NCBI GenBank assembly: GCA_032718475.1
Contig: JAUCBJ010002508.1
Coordinates: 1 to 35,757 of the forward strand
Origin: Nemertoderma westbladi
Taxonomy: Eukaryota; Animalia; Xenacoelomorpha
DNA length: 35,757 nucleotides
Direction of reading: 5' to 3'
The first letter of the stretch is position 1. Every line of letters starts with the position of its first letter. Below the pieces are notes generated by a model, which did no database searches, was not told where the DNA came from, and was given only the letters and a program-made list of their open reading frames with translations. This document shows positions 9,774-19,889 of this stretch, in pieces. A program made the translations under genes and the position numbers.

Positions 9774-10610
9774 CCCTATTAGTACCAGGCTATAAAATGT
9801 TGTACAAATACCGGGGGGGGGGGGGTCATATTGACCCTTCCCTCTAAAATCTACAAATTTTAACGAAAACGTCTGATTTTTTTTGTCCATAGATTTCACT
9901 AGTCTGAATCCGACCAAAAAAAACTACAAAAATTACAAAACTAACATTACATTAGCACCAAAATTACAAGTTGTGAACAATTTTCATAAAATTTGAAAGT
10001 TACAATTTTCGGCAAATTGTTTTTTCAATACAGGTTTTCTGGTGCTTAAAATCCATTGGAAAATATTTAAAAATAATCTGATCAGTATAAATGTCTGTTT
10101 TAGTCCTCTATGTATGCAAAAAATTAAAAAAACAAGTAACCAGCACTTTTCAGTTTACACAAAATATTTAATTCACTTATACGATGCTATAAATTCACAT
10201 TTTTAGGTTTTCTGGGGCGCTGATTCTAATTGAATAGATTTCTAATTTGCCAGATCATTGCAAATCGTATTTTTCGGCGTAATATGGCAAATTTTGGTGC
10301 TAGCACCAAATTTCGTACCCATCACCAAAAAGTACAAGTTTGCGATGTCCAGTGCTGTTTTTAATGATTCCAACGGATTCAGGACCCTCATAAACCCGTA
10401 TAACGCAAGAAACAAGATTATAATATCTATTGATCAGTTTGCTTATTTTAATAAATTTGGTGCTGGCACAACAATTTTCACCCACCAACGAACCACTCAC
10501 CCACCGATACAAGTTTGAAAACTCTTATGCAATTTTTACTTATTACATTGAATTCAGAACGCTCACAAACCCGTATAACGCAAGAAACAAGGTGACACAA
10601 TCAATTTATA
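9774..10610 (+). mobile_element. piggyBac-like MITE, left half only
   Basis: TTAA (9770-9773) followed by CCCTATTAGTACC. Colinear with 23884-~24715. Ends abruptly at the BEL LTR. Confidence 0.85.
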
Positions 10611-11224
10611 TGGGTTTGTTTACGCGCTCGCATTCAATCGTTTTGTATTTACAAATTACGGGCAGTTATGATAATGAAATGTGGACAATAAAAGCACTAA
10701 TAAATAACATAATATATTTCGATAACGTAGTAAAAATATTGATAAAATAAGGGGAGGGGAAATGAATGAAACATTTACTTCGAGTATATGTGGTTACAAA
10801 TATCAGCAGAAATAAAGTGTTATCAAAGTAAATGAAATGGGACGAATGAAAAGGCGTGCAAGCGAGCGGACGGGGAGCGAGCGAGCGAGCGAGCGGTAAA
10901 AAACAATTTGTGACAACCGGTGGAGAAAATAGGAAGACTGACGAAATTGCTCAGAATGAAGTATATAATGGTAAATTATTACATCGCGAGGTGATAACAG
11001 GAGGTCAAGATGCTGAATGGAGGGGGTCAGGCCTAAAACATGAGGTTTGCATTGATGTAACACATGACGGTGCTAACATACTAGGGCTAACAAATTAGTA
11101 GATTCGACCAATGAATGTGCAGGGATACAATAATTCTGTTTGAGGTTGATGGGCGTTGTGAAGGGTTATTATTATTAATTATATAATATAATGTCAGTAT
11201 ATATCGAGAGGGGGGTGGTTATAT

Positions 11225-11470
11225 GAGTGAACATGTGGCAGCCCGCTTTAACCTGGGCCCACTTACAGTACTTGATAATGTTAGTGGGACTGAGGGGGGG
11301 CTTGTTAAGTGAATGATAAGTGGAATCTCGCTGCAACCCGAGTCCACGTACTGTACAAAATGATCATGTTAGTAAGACAAGACTTGGGGGGTTTATTATA
11401 TGAATGAAATGTGGAATCCCGCTGTAACCCGAGTCCACGTACTGTACGAATGATTTATGTTAGTAAGATG
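11225..11470. repeat. Three diverged ~90-bp tandem units in LTR U3 (also ~20557-20802)
   Basis: Core gtggaatc.cgctg.aacccgagtccacgtactgtac occurs twice, plus one more diverged unit upstream. Confidence 0.8.
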
Positions 11471-11759
11471 GATGGGTGTGTAGTACGTATTTTGATAATT
11501 TAAATGTTTAGATTATATTGAGGGTGTCGCACCAAGTCAAGGAATTTTGTTAGTTTCTGCTATAGATAGACTGGTCAATCTACGGGAATGAAAGTCTAGT
11601 TTTTCGATATGTGTGTGTACAAATATGCAAACATGCGAACCTTTTGATTGAAATACCGGTGACAACAATGACATAATTTGGAGACGAAGTGAGTATTACA
11701 ATTTTGGGACAAAACGATAAATACATAACCGAGGCGAAAATAAGAGAGGGCAGGGCTTC

Positions 11760-11940
11760 AAGTACTAGCACAATCAACTCACGTGTGGAGTTAGTAAGAA
11801 AGTGAAAGTAATTGAGAGGGTGAGGTCAAGTACTACCACAATCAACTCACGTGTGGAGTTAGTAAGAAAGTGAAAGTAATTGAGAGGGTGAGGTCAAGTA
11901 CTAGCACTAACAACTCGCGATCGGAGTTAGTAAGAAAGTG
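11760..11940. repeat. 68-bp tandem array in LTR U3 (2 full units + partial here; 3 + partial at 21092-21340)
   Basis: Unit aagtacta.cacaatcaactcacgtgtggagttagtaagaaagtgaaagtaattgagagggtgaggtc, each with a CACGTG E-box. Followed by a (GA)n tract. Confidence 0.95.
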
Positions 11941-12091
11941 AAGTAATTAACACAGAGTGAGAGAGAGAGTGAGTGAGAGAGAGACAGGGAGAGAGAGAGA
12001 AATCGATTAAAGGCGGGTAAAGCGAGTGAGGTAAAGTAAATCGAGTGATATAAAGTGAATGTTAAAGGAAATGTTAGAGCGTTGGTTGACA

Positions 12092-12104
12092 CACCGCCCC
12101 TCTT
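12092..12104 (-). promoter_or_regulatory. Polypurine tract
   Basis: AAGAGGGGCGGTG on the minus strand immediately before the TG of the 3' LTR. Confidence 0.85.
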
Positions 12105-12322
12105 GGCAGGGAGTGCCAAAAGGAGACATAGGAAAACCAACGCGATATAGATAGAGTGATAGGGTGTACAAGTCTACGTATAACCAATGAAATACTCAAC
12201 CGCCACCATACTAAAGGGTTAATATCAACGAGTTAGTACGTGTGAGATAATGAGAGAGTTCCATGTTCGAGGCGACGCGACATCGAATTTGAGTTCGAAA
12301 CAATGTTACATCGAGTTTGTGT

Positions 12323-15300
12323 TCAATCGGAGTTCTTCAGTCCGTTTCCGTCGTCCTCAGGTGTACGTCCCCAATACGAGAGCATCTCATCGGGATCGGA
12401 TCCCTCCAACAGACAAAGTTTACTAACGGGACGGAGGAGGTCTGACTTGTCGTAGGCGACGCGAACAGTGCGAACTCGTCCATCTTTACCGGGCCGAACC
12501 TCAGAAACTCGTCCGATTCTCCACGAGTTTCTAGGGAGTTTCTCATCTGTAATGATCACGACATCGTCCACCTTGAGGTTCCTCTGGGGCGCGGTCCACT
12601 TGGAACGTTTGTGGAGCGTAGGGATATATTCCCGAATCCATATGTCCCAGAAACGATCAGACAGGCCCTGTGCCTGTCGCCAGGATTTGCGGCCGAGTTC
12701 GTCTTTACGGTCAAACTTCCCTGGTGGGGATAGTTGGACAGGGTTCCTGAGGAGGAAGTGCCGAGGAGTAATCGGTTGGTCGGCGGTCGGATCGTCGGTA
12801 ACCGGGGTCAGTGGACGCGAGTTGAGGATTCCTTCTACCTCGGCCAGCACTGTACGAAAGGTGTCCTCGTTGATACGGGTTGAGTCCTTGATGGTGGCGT
12901 ATAGAGAGTCCTTAACGCTACGAATGAGGCGTTCCCATACTCCAGAGGTATGGGGGGCAAGCGGTGTCTGAAAATGCCAGGTGCAGTCCAATGTTCTCAA
13001 GTGTGAAGTCACTTTGTCTTGGTCAACTCGAGCGAGGGATTCTTTGAGCTCGGATTCGGCGCCGACAAAGTTCGTTCCGTTGTCGCAATAGAGGTGCTGA
13101 GGGGTTCCCCTTGTGGCGATGAAACGTCGTAATGCGTTGATAAAACGGTCTGTTGAGAGGTCCTCTACCATATCCAGTGCAATCGCCCTAGAATTAAAAC
13201 AAATGAATATAATGCCGTATCGTGTAATCAAGGACCTCATTCTCTTAAAGAGAAAAGGGCCAAATAGGTCCATACCTGTAAAAGCAAAAACAGGTTTATA
13301 TGGAGTGAGTCGTGACTCAGGTAAATCGGCCATTATCTGGGTCATCGTGCGAGAATGCAATCTCTTGCAAGCAATGCAAGCACTAAGCATGGTTCGTATC
13401 AACGATCTTGCATTAATGATCCAATAACGCTCTCTAAGGAATGCCAGACTGTGACTTTGTCCAGCATGGCGAAGTCTGATGTGTACATCGTGTATCAAGA
13501 GCCTGGCATAGTGACAATTCTTCGGTATAAGGATAGGAAAGCGCGCGTCGTAGGACATGGGTGCTCGTGCAACGCGGCTCCCTAGTCTCAGATATCCGTC
13601 GTCTTCGTCTAAAAAGGGAGATAGTTTCCGGATTGTACTCACCTTGGGGATTGGGGATCCAGACTTTAGAGCTGTATACTCACCTGGGAAGCCAACTCGT
13701 TGAACGTACTGTTCAATGCGCTGTTTGGCAGTGACGAGCTCCGATGAGGTCAACTTACGAGGACTACTGGGTTGTAGAGGACCACGTTTACGTCTTAGGT
13801 ATTCAAAGAAACGAATGAACCAAGACACACCGCGTATGAGTCTGTATGACTTATAATAGTGCTGTATAAGTTTGTCTGTAGGGGGCAAAGGGGCCATGGT
13901 GTTCATAGCATAGACTCGGGTGTCAGACTTAAGCTCGGGATCGTCGGAGGGTAATGTATAAGGCGCGTTGTGCGAGACCGGCCAGTATTCTGGAGTAAGA
14001 GACAGAAAGTCTGGGCCCCGAATCCATTGTTCCGTTTGTAGGAATCTCTGAGGCAATAACCCACGACTCGCATAGTCAGCGGGGTTAAGATTCCCCGGGC
14101 AATGATGCCACTGATCCACAGTGGTATGACCATGAATAAGGCTGACTCGATTGGCTACGTAAGGCTTAAAGCGACGGGATTCATTTCTCAAGTAACCTAA
14201 AGTAACAGTTGAGTCAGTCCAGAATGTCATAGAGCGGATGGGCATGTCAAGTTCTTGCCGAACTTGTACAGTCAAGTCGACGGAAAGATGTGCTGCTTGT
14301 AATTCAAGCCTGGGGATAGAGATATATCTGAGGGGGGCACTACGGGCCTTGGCAATCAAGAAGCCAGTGGTAATGGCGCCATCGGGTGTGGTTGTACGAA
14401 GGTAACTCACCATACCATACCCTTTGTCGCTGGCGTCCGAAAAGGAATGAATGTCGTAAATGTTGTCAGGTAAAGGAATAGGGGTGTAAGTCCGGGGTAT
14501 GCAGAAGTCGACCAGTAGCGTGAGTTGTAATTTCCACTCGTTCAATCGGGTCTCTAGTGGTAGTGGAATAGGGTAATCCCAGCCAAGTTTATGGCGCCAT
14601 ATATCCTGCAGCAGGATACGCAGTAAGAGGGTAACAGGGCCCAAGAAACTCAGAGGGTCGAATAGAGAACTGACTAGAGATAGGACACCTCGCTTGGTGG
14701 ACGGTGTGTCCTTCAGCCGTATGTCAATTGATAGCGTGTCATTCACAGTGTCCCAAACAAGTCCAAGGGCTGTGGTGATAGCTGTCTGTATGTCAGAGTC
14801 ACGAGTGGTATGAGTCGGGATGGCAAGGTAGGTTGGGTCTAATGACATGAGAAATTCGGAATTGTTGGAATGAAACTTGGTGAGGTGAAATCCCCCAAGC
14901 GATAAACATTCGATCAAACTTTTAGCGAGATCTACAGCTTCTAATGGGGTTTGAGCACCAGACATACCATCATCGTAATAAAACTCGTTTTGAATTGTTT
15001 CATTGACTCTTGGAGGGTATCGGTGTGCGTTGTCGGAACCTGTCCTTCGCAGAGCTGTGAGAGCGATAGTTGGGGAGTCCCCTGCTCCAAAGATATGGAC
15101 TTCCATCCAATATTCTGTAGGACTGCGATCCATGTCGCCATTCTCCCACCACAGGAATCGTAAGGAGTCCCTATCTTCCGGGTTGACTTCGACCTGGTGG
15201 AACATAGATTTTATATCGCACGAGAATGCTACAGCATGGCGACGGAATTTGCAAAGTATTCCAGACAGTAGGTTGGATTGGTCGGGTCCGTTGATTAGGT

Positions 15301-16065
15301 TGGCATTCAGAGAAGTGCCAAAGTAGGGTGCAGCTGCGTTGAACACAACTCTAATCTCGTTGGGTTTCTTGGGATATAGAACATAATGGTGCGGCAGGTA
15401 CCAAGAACGAGGGCCATGCGAGTCAATCTCAGATGGGGTGAGTTTCCTAGCGTATCCCTGTGATATATAGTCTTCAACCTGAGTGGTATAGAGAGTTAGA
15501 ACTTCCGGTTTCTTCCTGAGACGTTTCCCTAACCAAACTAAACAACGTTGTGCGTATAATTTGTTACATGGGAGCGTTACATCGTCTCGTTTCCACAGGA
15601 GACCTAGTGAGTAATGTCCGTTGGGTTTAAGGCGCATGGCCTGCAGTATGGATTGGGATCGGAGGTTTAAGGGGGACATTTCCTTTCCTAAGGAAGACGA
15701 ATGTACTTCCATCTCCCAGAATCGTCTAAGGTTCTGTTCTAGGTCGTATAAATATGAAATGTTAGGATGTTGAGATTGTTTGGATGATGTCTTGGGACTG
15801 AATGGAACCAATGTAGTCATTGTCGGGTGTGGGTTCTGTGTCACTTCACAGTTTGAATCGGAACCAGGGTCAAAAGTAGCTGCAGTTCGTTCAGGGGGAG
15901 AATGTCGGTCATTGAGTGTATCCAAGTCGTTAACGTCAGATAGGGTACAACGTATTTGTGAGGTGGGATAAATGTCAAGGTCATCGTCTGGGGCAAGATT
16001 AGGGCCACAGACTGACCATCCAAACGGAGTTTGGACAGCGTACGGATGAGTCTGGGGGTTCGGGC
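12323..16065 (-). CDS. pol: BEL/Pao Pol: reverse transcriptase, RNase H, integrase
   Basis: The frame of ORF 12323-15925 extends upstream through GPNPQTHPYAVQTPFGWSVCGP. RT: WYLPHH, RVVFNAA, CDIKSMFHQV, FYYDD. RNH: FSDAS, SIPRLELQAA, WTDS, NPADYASRG. INT: HHCC, MDLFGP, CDNGTNF, GVWERLIR, WIREY. Confidence 0.95.
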
Positions 16066-19000
16066 CCCGCGAGATTGAAGTTGCATCAAGGCGACTGGGG
16101 CATCCTGTCCCAACAAGACTGTTACTTGAGGGATGTCTAAAGGGGGATGACTCAAGTCTAAGTCAGCTAAGTGGGGCCATTCTCTGATATTCCAACACCT
16201 TGGGGTTACAAAGTTGTCTCTAAACCCTTTCATGACATCGAAAGTGACATTCACTAGTATAGCGGTCCCATTACTGCGGACAGGAGAGACATTACACTTG
16301 ATAGCGCCGACTTCTATGAGTCTCTCTTTGTCTAGACAGGTACTAATTGGGATGGTCCTATACTGAGTGCAATGGAGACGTAATGGGGGCAAGTTTCGGT
16401 CATCGAGTATTGATTGGTCAGAGCCTGGGTCAATCAACGCGTATGTTGTAAGAGACATTGTAGTATGATCTGAAGTGAGACGAACAGGGACTGTCTGTAG
16501 AACAGTATTTCTCTTTTGAAATCTGTGAAGACAGGTATTTCGTGAAGACATAGGGGGATGACTTGTCACGTGTTTGTTAGGGGCTGACGCAGTGGAGCGA
16601 GGCATGGGTGTGGGTGTATTAGCGGATGAGTGAGGAATTCTAGTAAATGGCGCATTGGGGGGATGCAATAGTGAATGATGTTTGTTCGACTTGCACGTCT
16701 TGCATGTATATTTAGACAAGCAGTCAGCGGTCAAATGGCCTCGTCCAAGGCAGTTGCGGCACATGTCATGGGAAGGATAATTTGCAACGAAGTTATCTTT
16801 ATCATGATATGTGAGGTTTAGGAAGGAATCACAGCCATAGATTTTATGACCTCCATCGAAGTACATGCAGCGAAGTCTATTCTGACTGGTGGCACTGATG
16901 GTTTGTGTACCATCTATGGGTAACTGAGGTGCATTGGGAGGAAGGCTAGGTCTAAGAGGGGTTGTAGACGTAGTCCTAACTTGTTTTGGTACTGCTGAGG
17001 TGAGTGCCTGAAAGCTAGCTGGGGGTCGGGTCTTTGGTTTACCAGTGCCATAGTAATTCAATACGCTGACTTCCTGGTCTAGGAAGTTGACAAGATCAGA
17101 GACCTGAGGTTCCACCCGTTTGTTGGTATGAAGTTTGGTTGCGTGGCGGGTCCAGCGATTAACCAGTTCGATAGGCAGCCTGGAAGCTAAGAGATCCATA
17201 TTGCTGGGGTCATTCAACCGGGTCGAACTACCAATGGATTCCAGGGTGGCGTGGCTAATAGATATATCGTCGATAAACTTTAATAAGTCGGATGCCGTGA
17301 GGTTCAGTCTAGGGCCCTGGGTCAGCTGGTTCAAGATAGACCTTGAGACTTCCCTGGGGTGTCCGTACCTCTTGTCGAGTTGGGCCCAAGCGAGTGTATA
17401 CCCATTGTCTGAGCTGCGGTATAACTCGGCAACGCGGCGGGGTTCGCCAGCTGTGAACTGTATGAGATAGATATGTTTCTCATTGTCAGGGATAGGTTTA
17501 GAGTCTATAAGGTCGTAGAATGTCTGCTTAAACTGGACATAGTCTAGTAACTTGCCGTCGAATTTGGATGGTTGCAATGTGGGTAACGTCAACTTTAGGA
17601 GGGCAGATTGTTCTGAGTTGAGGCTACCAGCAAGGGGTCTAGGAATAGTTGAGTCAGATTTGTAATCAAGTGAATGTTGAGGAACAGTGGGGACGGGAGT
17701 TTGGGATGAGAGTGTGTGATGGTTACTGATGGTGTTAGGGTTGGGTAATGTTAGTGCAGATGATTGCTGGTGATTCGTGTGACTATTTAAAGGTCGGGCT
17801 GACAGAGTAGAAGGGCAAATATTACCAAAGTTAACCAATGGATCTGCCGAGTGGTTGGTAGGTACAGATGGTAGATGTTGGAATCTTGCCGATGACTCTA
17901 CAGTCGGGGGGTTAAAGGGTGCGACATCAGGGTTTAAAGTTGATGGCAAGGATGCGGGTACACAACTCACAGTATGCGGGAGGACCACAGATTGCGTGGT
18001 TATATTGTGAGCAGTGACAGGGGGGTGATTAGTCGAGCAAACTATTGGGATAGCAGTGGTGATGTTGATGCTGGGGCGTGTCGTCACAGTCATAGGTTGT
18101 GAGGGTAGCGAGGGGGGAAATGACTGGGTAGTGCAGGGGTAAGGGGATGGTAGAGTTACAGTAGGCGCGGTTGTTGGGATATTGTCGGTGGATAAGGTAG
18201 TAATTGGTATCGGTATAGTAGGAGTGGGACCACTACATACAGTAACAATGCTGTTTCGGTTTTGTTCATTAATTTCGTTTGCGTAAAACTCCGCCTCCAG
18301 TTCTAGCTCTCTGCATTTTGCATCGCGTTGAATCTGCTTACTCCTCTTAGATAATTCGTCTAAATGTTGGTACGTTTGCATTTGTGCCTTATATTTCATA
18401 AGTTTGAGTCGAGTAGCACGAGCTAATCCACTCAGTTTAGAACTGGAGACGGCTGAGATCGTGGGGTGAGAGTTTATTTGACTTACCGAATCTCCAGGGT
18501 TCACGTCTACTATTCTCGACTTTACCTGATTACCAATATTACCGTTTTGAGTTTCCACAGTTTTCGTCTGGGGGTTGTCCTGTGTGACAGAGTTCACAAC
18601 ACTCAAGGGGTTGGAGGGAATCCCCACTAAGTTGACCGAAGTCGAGACTGGAACCTGAGGGGAAACTAAGGGACTCGCATCAGTGTTGTTCGAATTATTC
18701 ACACTGACACCTAGATTTAAATGATCGTTAACTACCAGTACTGACAGTGCTGCAGGTACCGGTAATGGGTTATTTTTATTGTACTCAACCGGTAGGTCTA
18801 TAGGCATGATAGGCCTAATTGTATTTTGAAACCCAGATTCGTTATGGATTACGAAATCTCTAGAGGCGTTTAAAAAATCAGTTAATAATTCCTGGTCACA
18901 TGTTTCCCTATTGGGATTAGGGTTATCGGGTGCCGATACCGGTAGGCCTATTTCATTGCTCTGTAAGTCTACATTTGCATTTAGTAAAGTTAGGTCCGGC

Positions 19001-19638
19001 GATGAAAAGCCACGAAAAGGTGTGGGATTGTGATACTCATCTATGCAAGCTGTAGTGAGGGAACAACGGACGTGTCTCGGTCCCGCACTAGATGTTTTGT
19101 CACCTAAGGGGGTTAGTGTAAAATCACCATGAGAATTATTTATGTTACCTGTTGCTGTTGGGTGGGGCAGTGCGAGCGAAGTCCTCCTTGCCCGTTCTGA
19201 AGGAAGATTTGGTGGATCTACTACGGGGATAGATTCACTTTGTGCGTCCTCCTGATAATCGGCATATTTGCGCTCCAGTTGATAATACCGGGCTTCAGCC
19301 TCGGCATAATCATGTGTGAATTTGTTGTAAAGTGTATTATTCTGAGCCCGAAAGTTAGGGATAAGTAAAATTTGATGTGTTTTGCTCCGGTACTTACCGA
19401 ATGATAGTTTGAAAGTGTTGAACGACGCTTCTATTAAGCCGTCCTCTACAGGGCCGGTTAGCGAGAGGTGGTAGGCGAGTGCGTTGTGGGCGCGTGTAAA
19501 TGAAGATTTAAGTCCACTCAGAGCACGCGAATCGAGAGCTCGCGAATCGTCGACATTTGGAGAGCCACCGTGGTCAGAAGTGATGGAGGAAGACGCATCC
19601 TCGTCGAGTTGGTGTTGGCTACCGGTAGCAGTAGCCAT
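15841..19638 (-). CDS. gag: BEL/Pao Gag + aspartic protease (true homology ends at the frameshift near 16066)
   Basis: 1265-aa ORF with LPTLQPSKFDGKLLDYVQFKQTF (DUF1759-like), CMYFDGGHKIYGC / CRNCLGRGHLTADC / CKTCKSNKHHSLLH, and protease ALIDPGSDQS. The residues after SRG are out-of-frame read-through. Confidence 0.93.
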   Translation of the reverse strand: MATATGSQHQLDEDASSSITSDHGGSPNVDDSRALDSRALSGLKSSFTRAHNALAYHLSLTGPVEDGLIEASFNTFKLSFGKYRSKTHQILLIPNFRAQNNTLYNKFTHDYAEAEARYYQLERKYADYQEDAQSESIPVVDPPNLPSERARRTSLALPHPTATGNINNSHGDFTLTPLGDKTSSAGPRHVRCSLTTACIDEYHNPTPFRGFSSPDLTLLNANVDLQSNEIGLPVSAPDNPNPNRETCDQELLTDFLNASRDFVIHNESGFQNTIRPIMPIDLPVEYNKNNPLPVPAALSVLVVNDHLNLGVSVNNSNNTDASPLVSPQVPVSTSVNLVGIPSNPLSVVNSVTQDNPQTKTVETQNGNIGNQVKSRIVDVNPGDSVSQINSHPTISAVSSSKLSGLARATRLKLMKYKAQMQTYQHLDELSKRSKQIQRDAKCRELELEAEFYANEINEQNRNSIVTVCSGPTPTIPIPITTLSTDNIPTTAPTVTLPSPYPCTTQSFPPSLPSQPMTVTTRPSINITTAIPIVCSTNHPPVTAHNITTQSVVLPHTVSCVPASLPSTLNPDVAPFNPPTVESSARFQHLPSVPTNHSADPLVNFGNICPSTLSARPLNSHTNHQQSSALTLPNPNTISNHHTLSSQTPVPTVPQHSLDYKSDSTIPRPLAGSLNSEQSALLKLTLPTLQPSKFDGKLLDYVQFKQTFYDLIDSKPIPDNEKHIYLIQFTAGEPRRVAELYRSSDNGYTLAWAQLDKRYGHPREVSRSILNQLTQGPRLNLTASDLLKFIDDISISHATLESIGSSTRLNDPSNMDLLASRLPIELVNRWTRHATKLHTNKRVEPQVSDLVNFLDQEVSVLNYYGTGKPKTRPPASFQALTSAVPKQVRTTSTTPLRPSLPPNAPQLPIDGTQTISATSQNRLRCMYFDGGHKIYGCDSFLNLTYHDKDNFVANYPSHDMCRNCLGRGHLTADCLSKYTCKTCKSNKHHSLLHPPNAPFTRIPHSSANTPTPMPRSTASAPNKHVTSHPPMSSRNTCLHRFQKRNTVLQTVPVRLTSDHTTMSLTTYALIDPGSDQSILDDRNLPPLRLHCTQYRTIPISTCLDKERLIEVGAIKCNVSPVRSNGTAILVNVTFDVMKGFRDNFVTPRCWNIREWPHLADLDLSHPPLDIPQVTVLLGQDAPVALMQLQSRGARTPRLIRTLSKLRLDGQSVALILPQTMTLTFIPPHKYVVPYLTLTTWIHSMTDILPLNELQLLLTLVPIQTVK

Positions 19639-19875
19639 GGCGGGCTGTCAGGCTGATGCGTACTGGCTGACGGGCGTAGCCTACGGTGTACTGGTGTATG
19701 GCAGTATAGTGCAGTGCAGTAGGCAGTAGCGTACTGCAGTACTGGAATGTAGGCCCAGCTACACTAATACTGTAATAAGGTCCACTGTCAAAACCCTAGG
19801 CTGCTAGGCACTAGGCTACAACAGTTTAAAAACGCCCTAAGCACTAACTACAGAACTAAGATGCCGGTGGAAAAG

Positions 19876-19889
19876 AAATTGTTTTTTAC
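19876..19889 (-). promoter_or_regulatory. Non-tRNA primer binding site (self-priming candidate)
   Basis: Minus strand GTAAAAAACAATTT directly follows ..GACACTTTCA. 14/14 complementary to the LTR segment 20228-20241. No TGG tRNA-type PBS at this junction. Confidence 0.8.

Larger units (their letters stand above)
10622..12091 (-). repeat. 3' LTR, lacking its final 64 bp
   Basis: Matches 19954-21491 at offset 9332 (9400 after the extra 68-bp unit). Starts TGTCAAC on the minus strand at 12091, directly after the PPT. Confidence 0.93.

Noticed and set aside
10617-10621. TGTTT as the true TG..CA end of the 3' LTR
   Set aside because: The 5' LTR reads TATTA at the equivalent site and continues through AATAAA to a CA abutting the complementary PBS. 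No TSD matches, so this TG is probably junction filler.
10803-12140. Short ORFs in the LTRs (and duplicates at 20135-21492) as env or accessory genes
   Set aside because: 61-86 aa, overlapping microsatellites, no recognisable domain; duplicated only because they lie in LTRs.
12337-19729. Antisense and alternate-frame ORFs over gag-pol
   Set aside because: Shadow frames of a long GC-balanced coding sequence with no motifs of their own.
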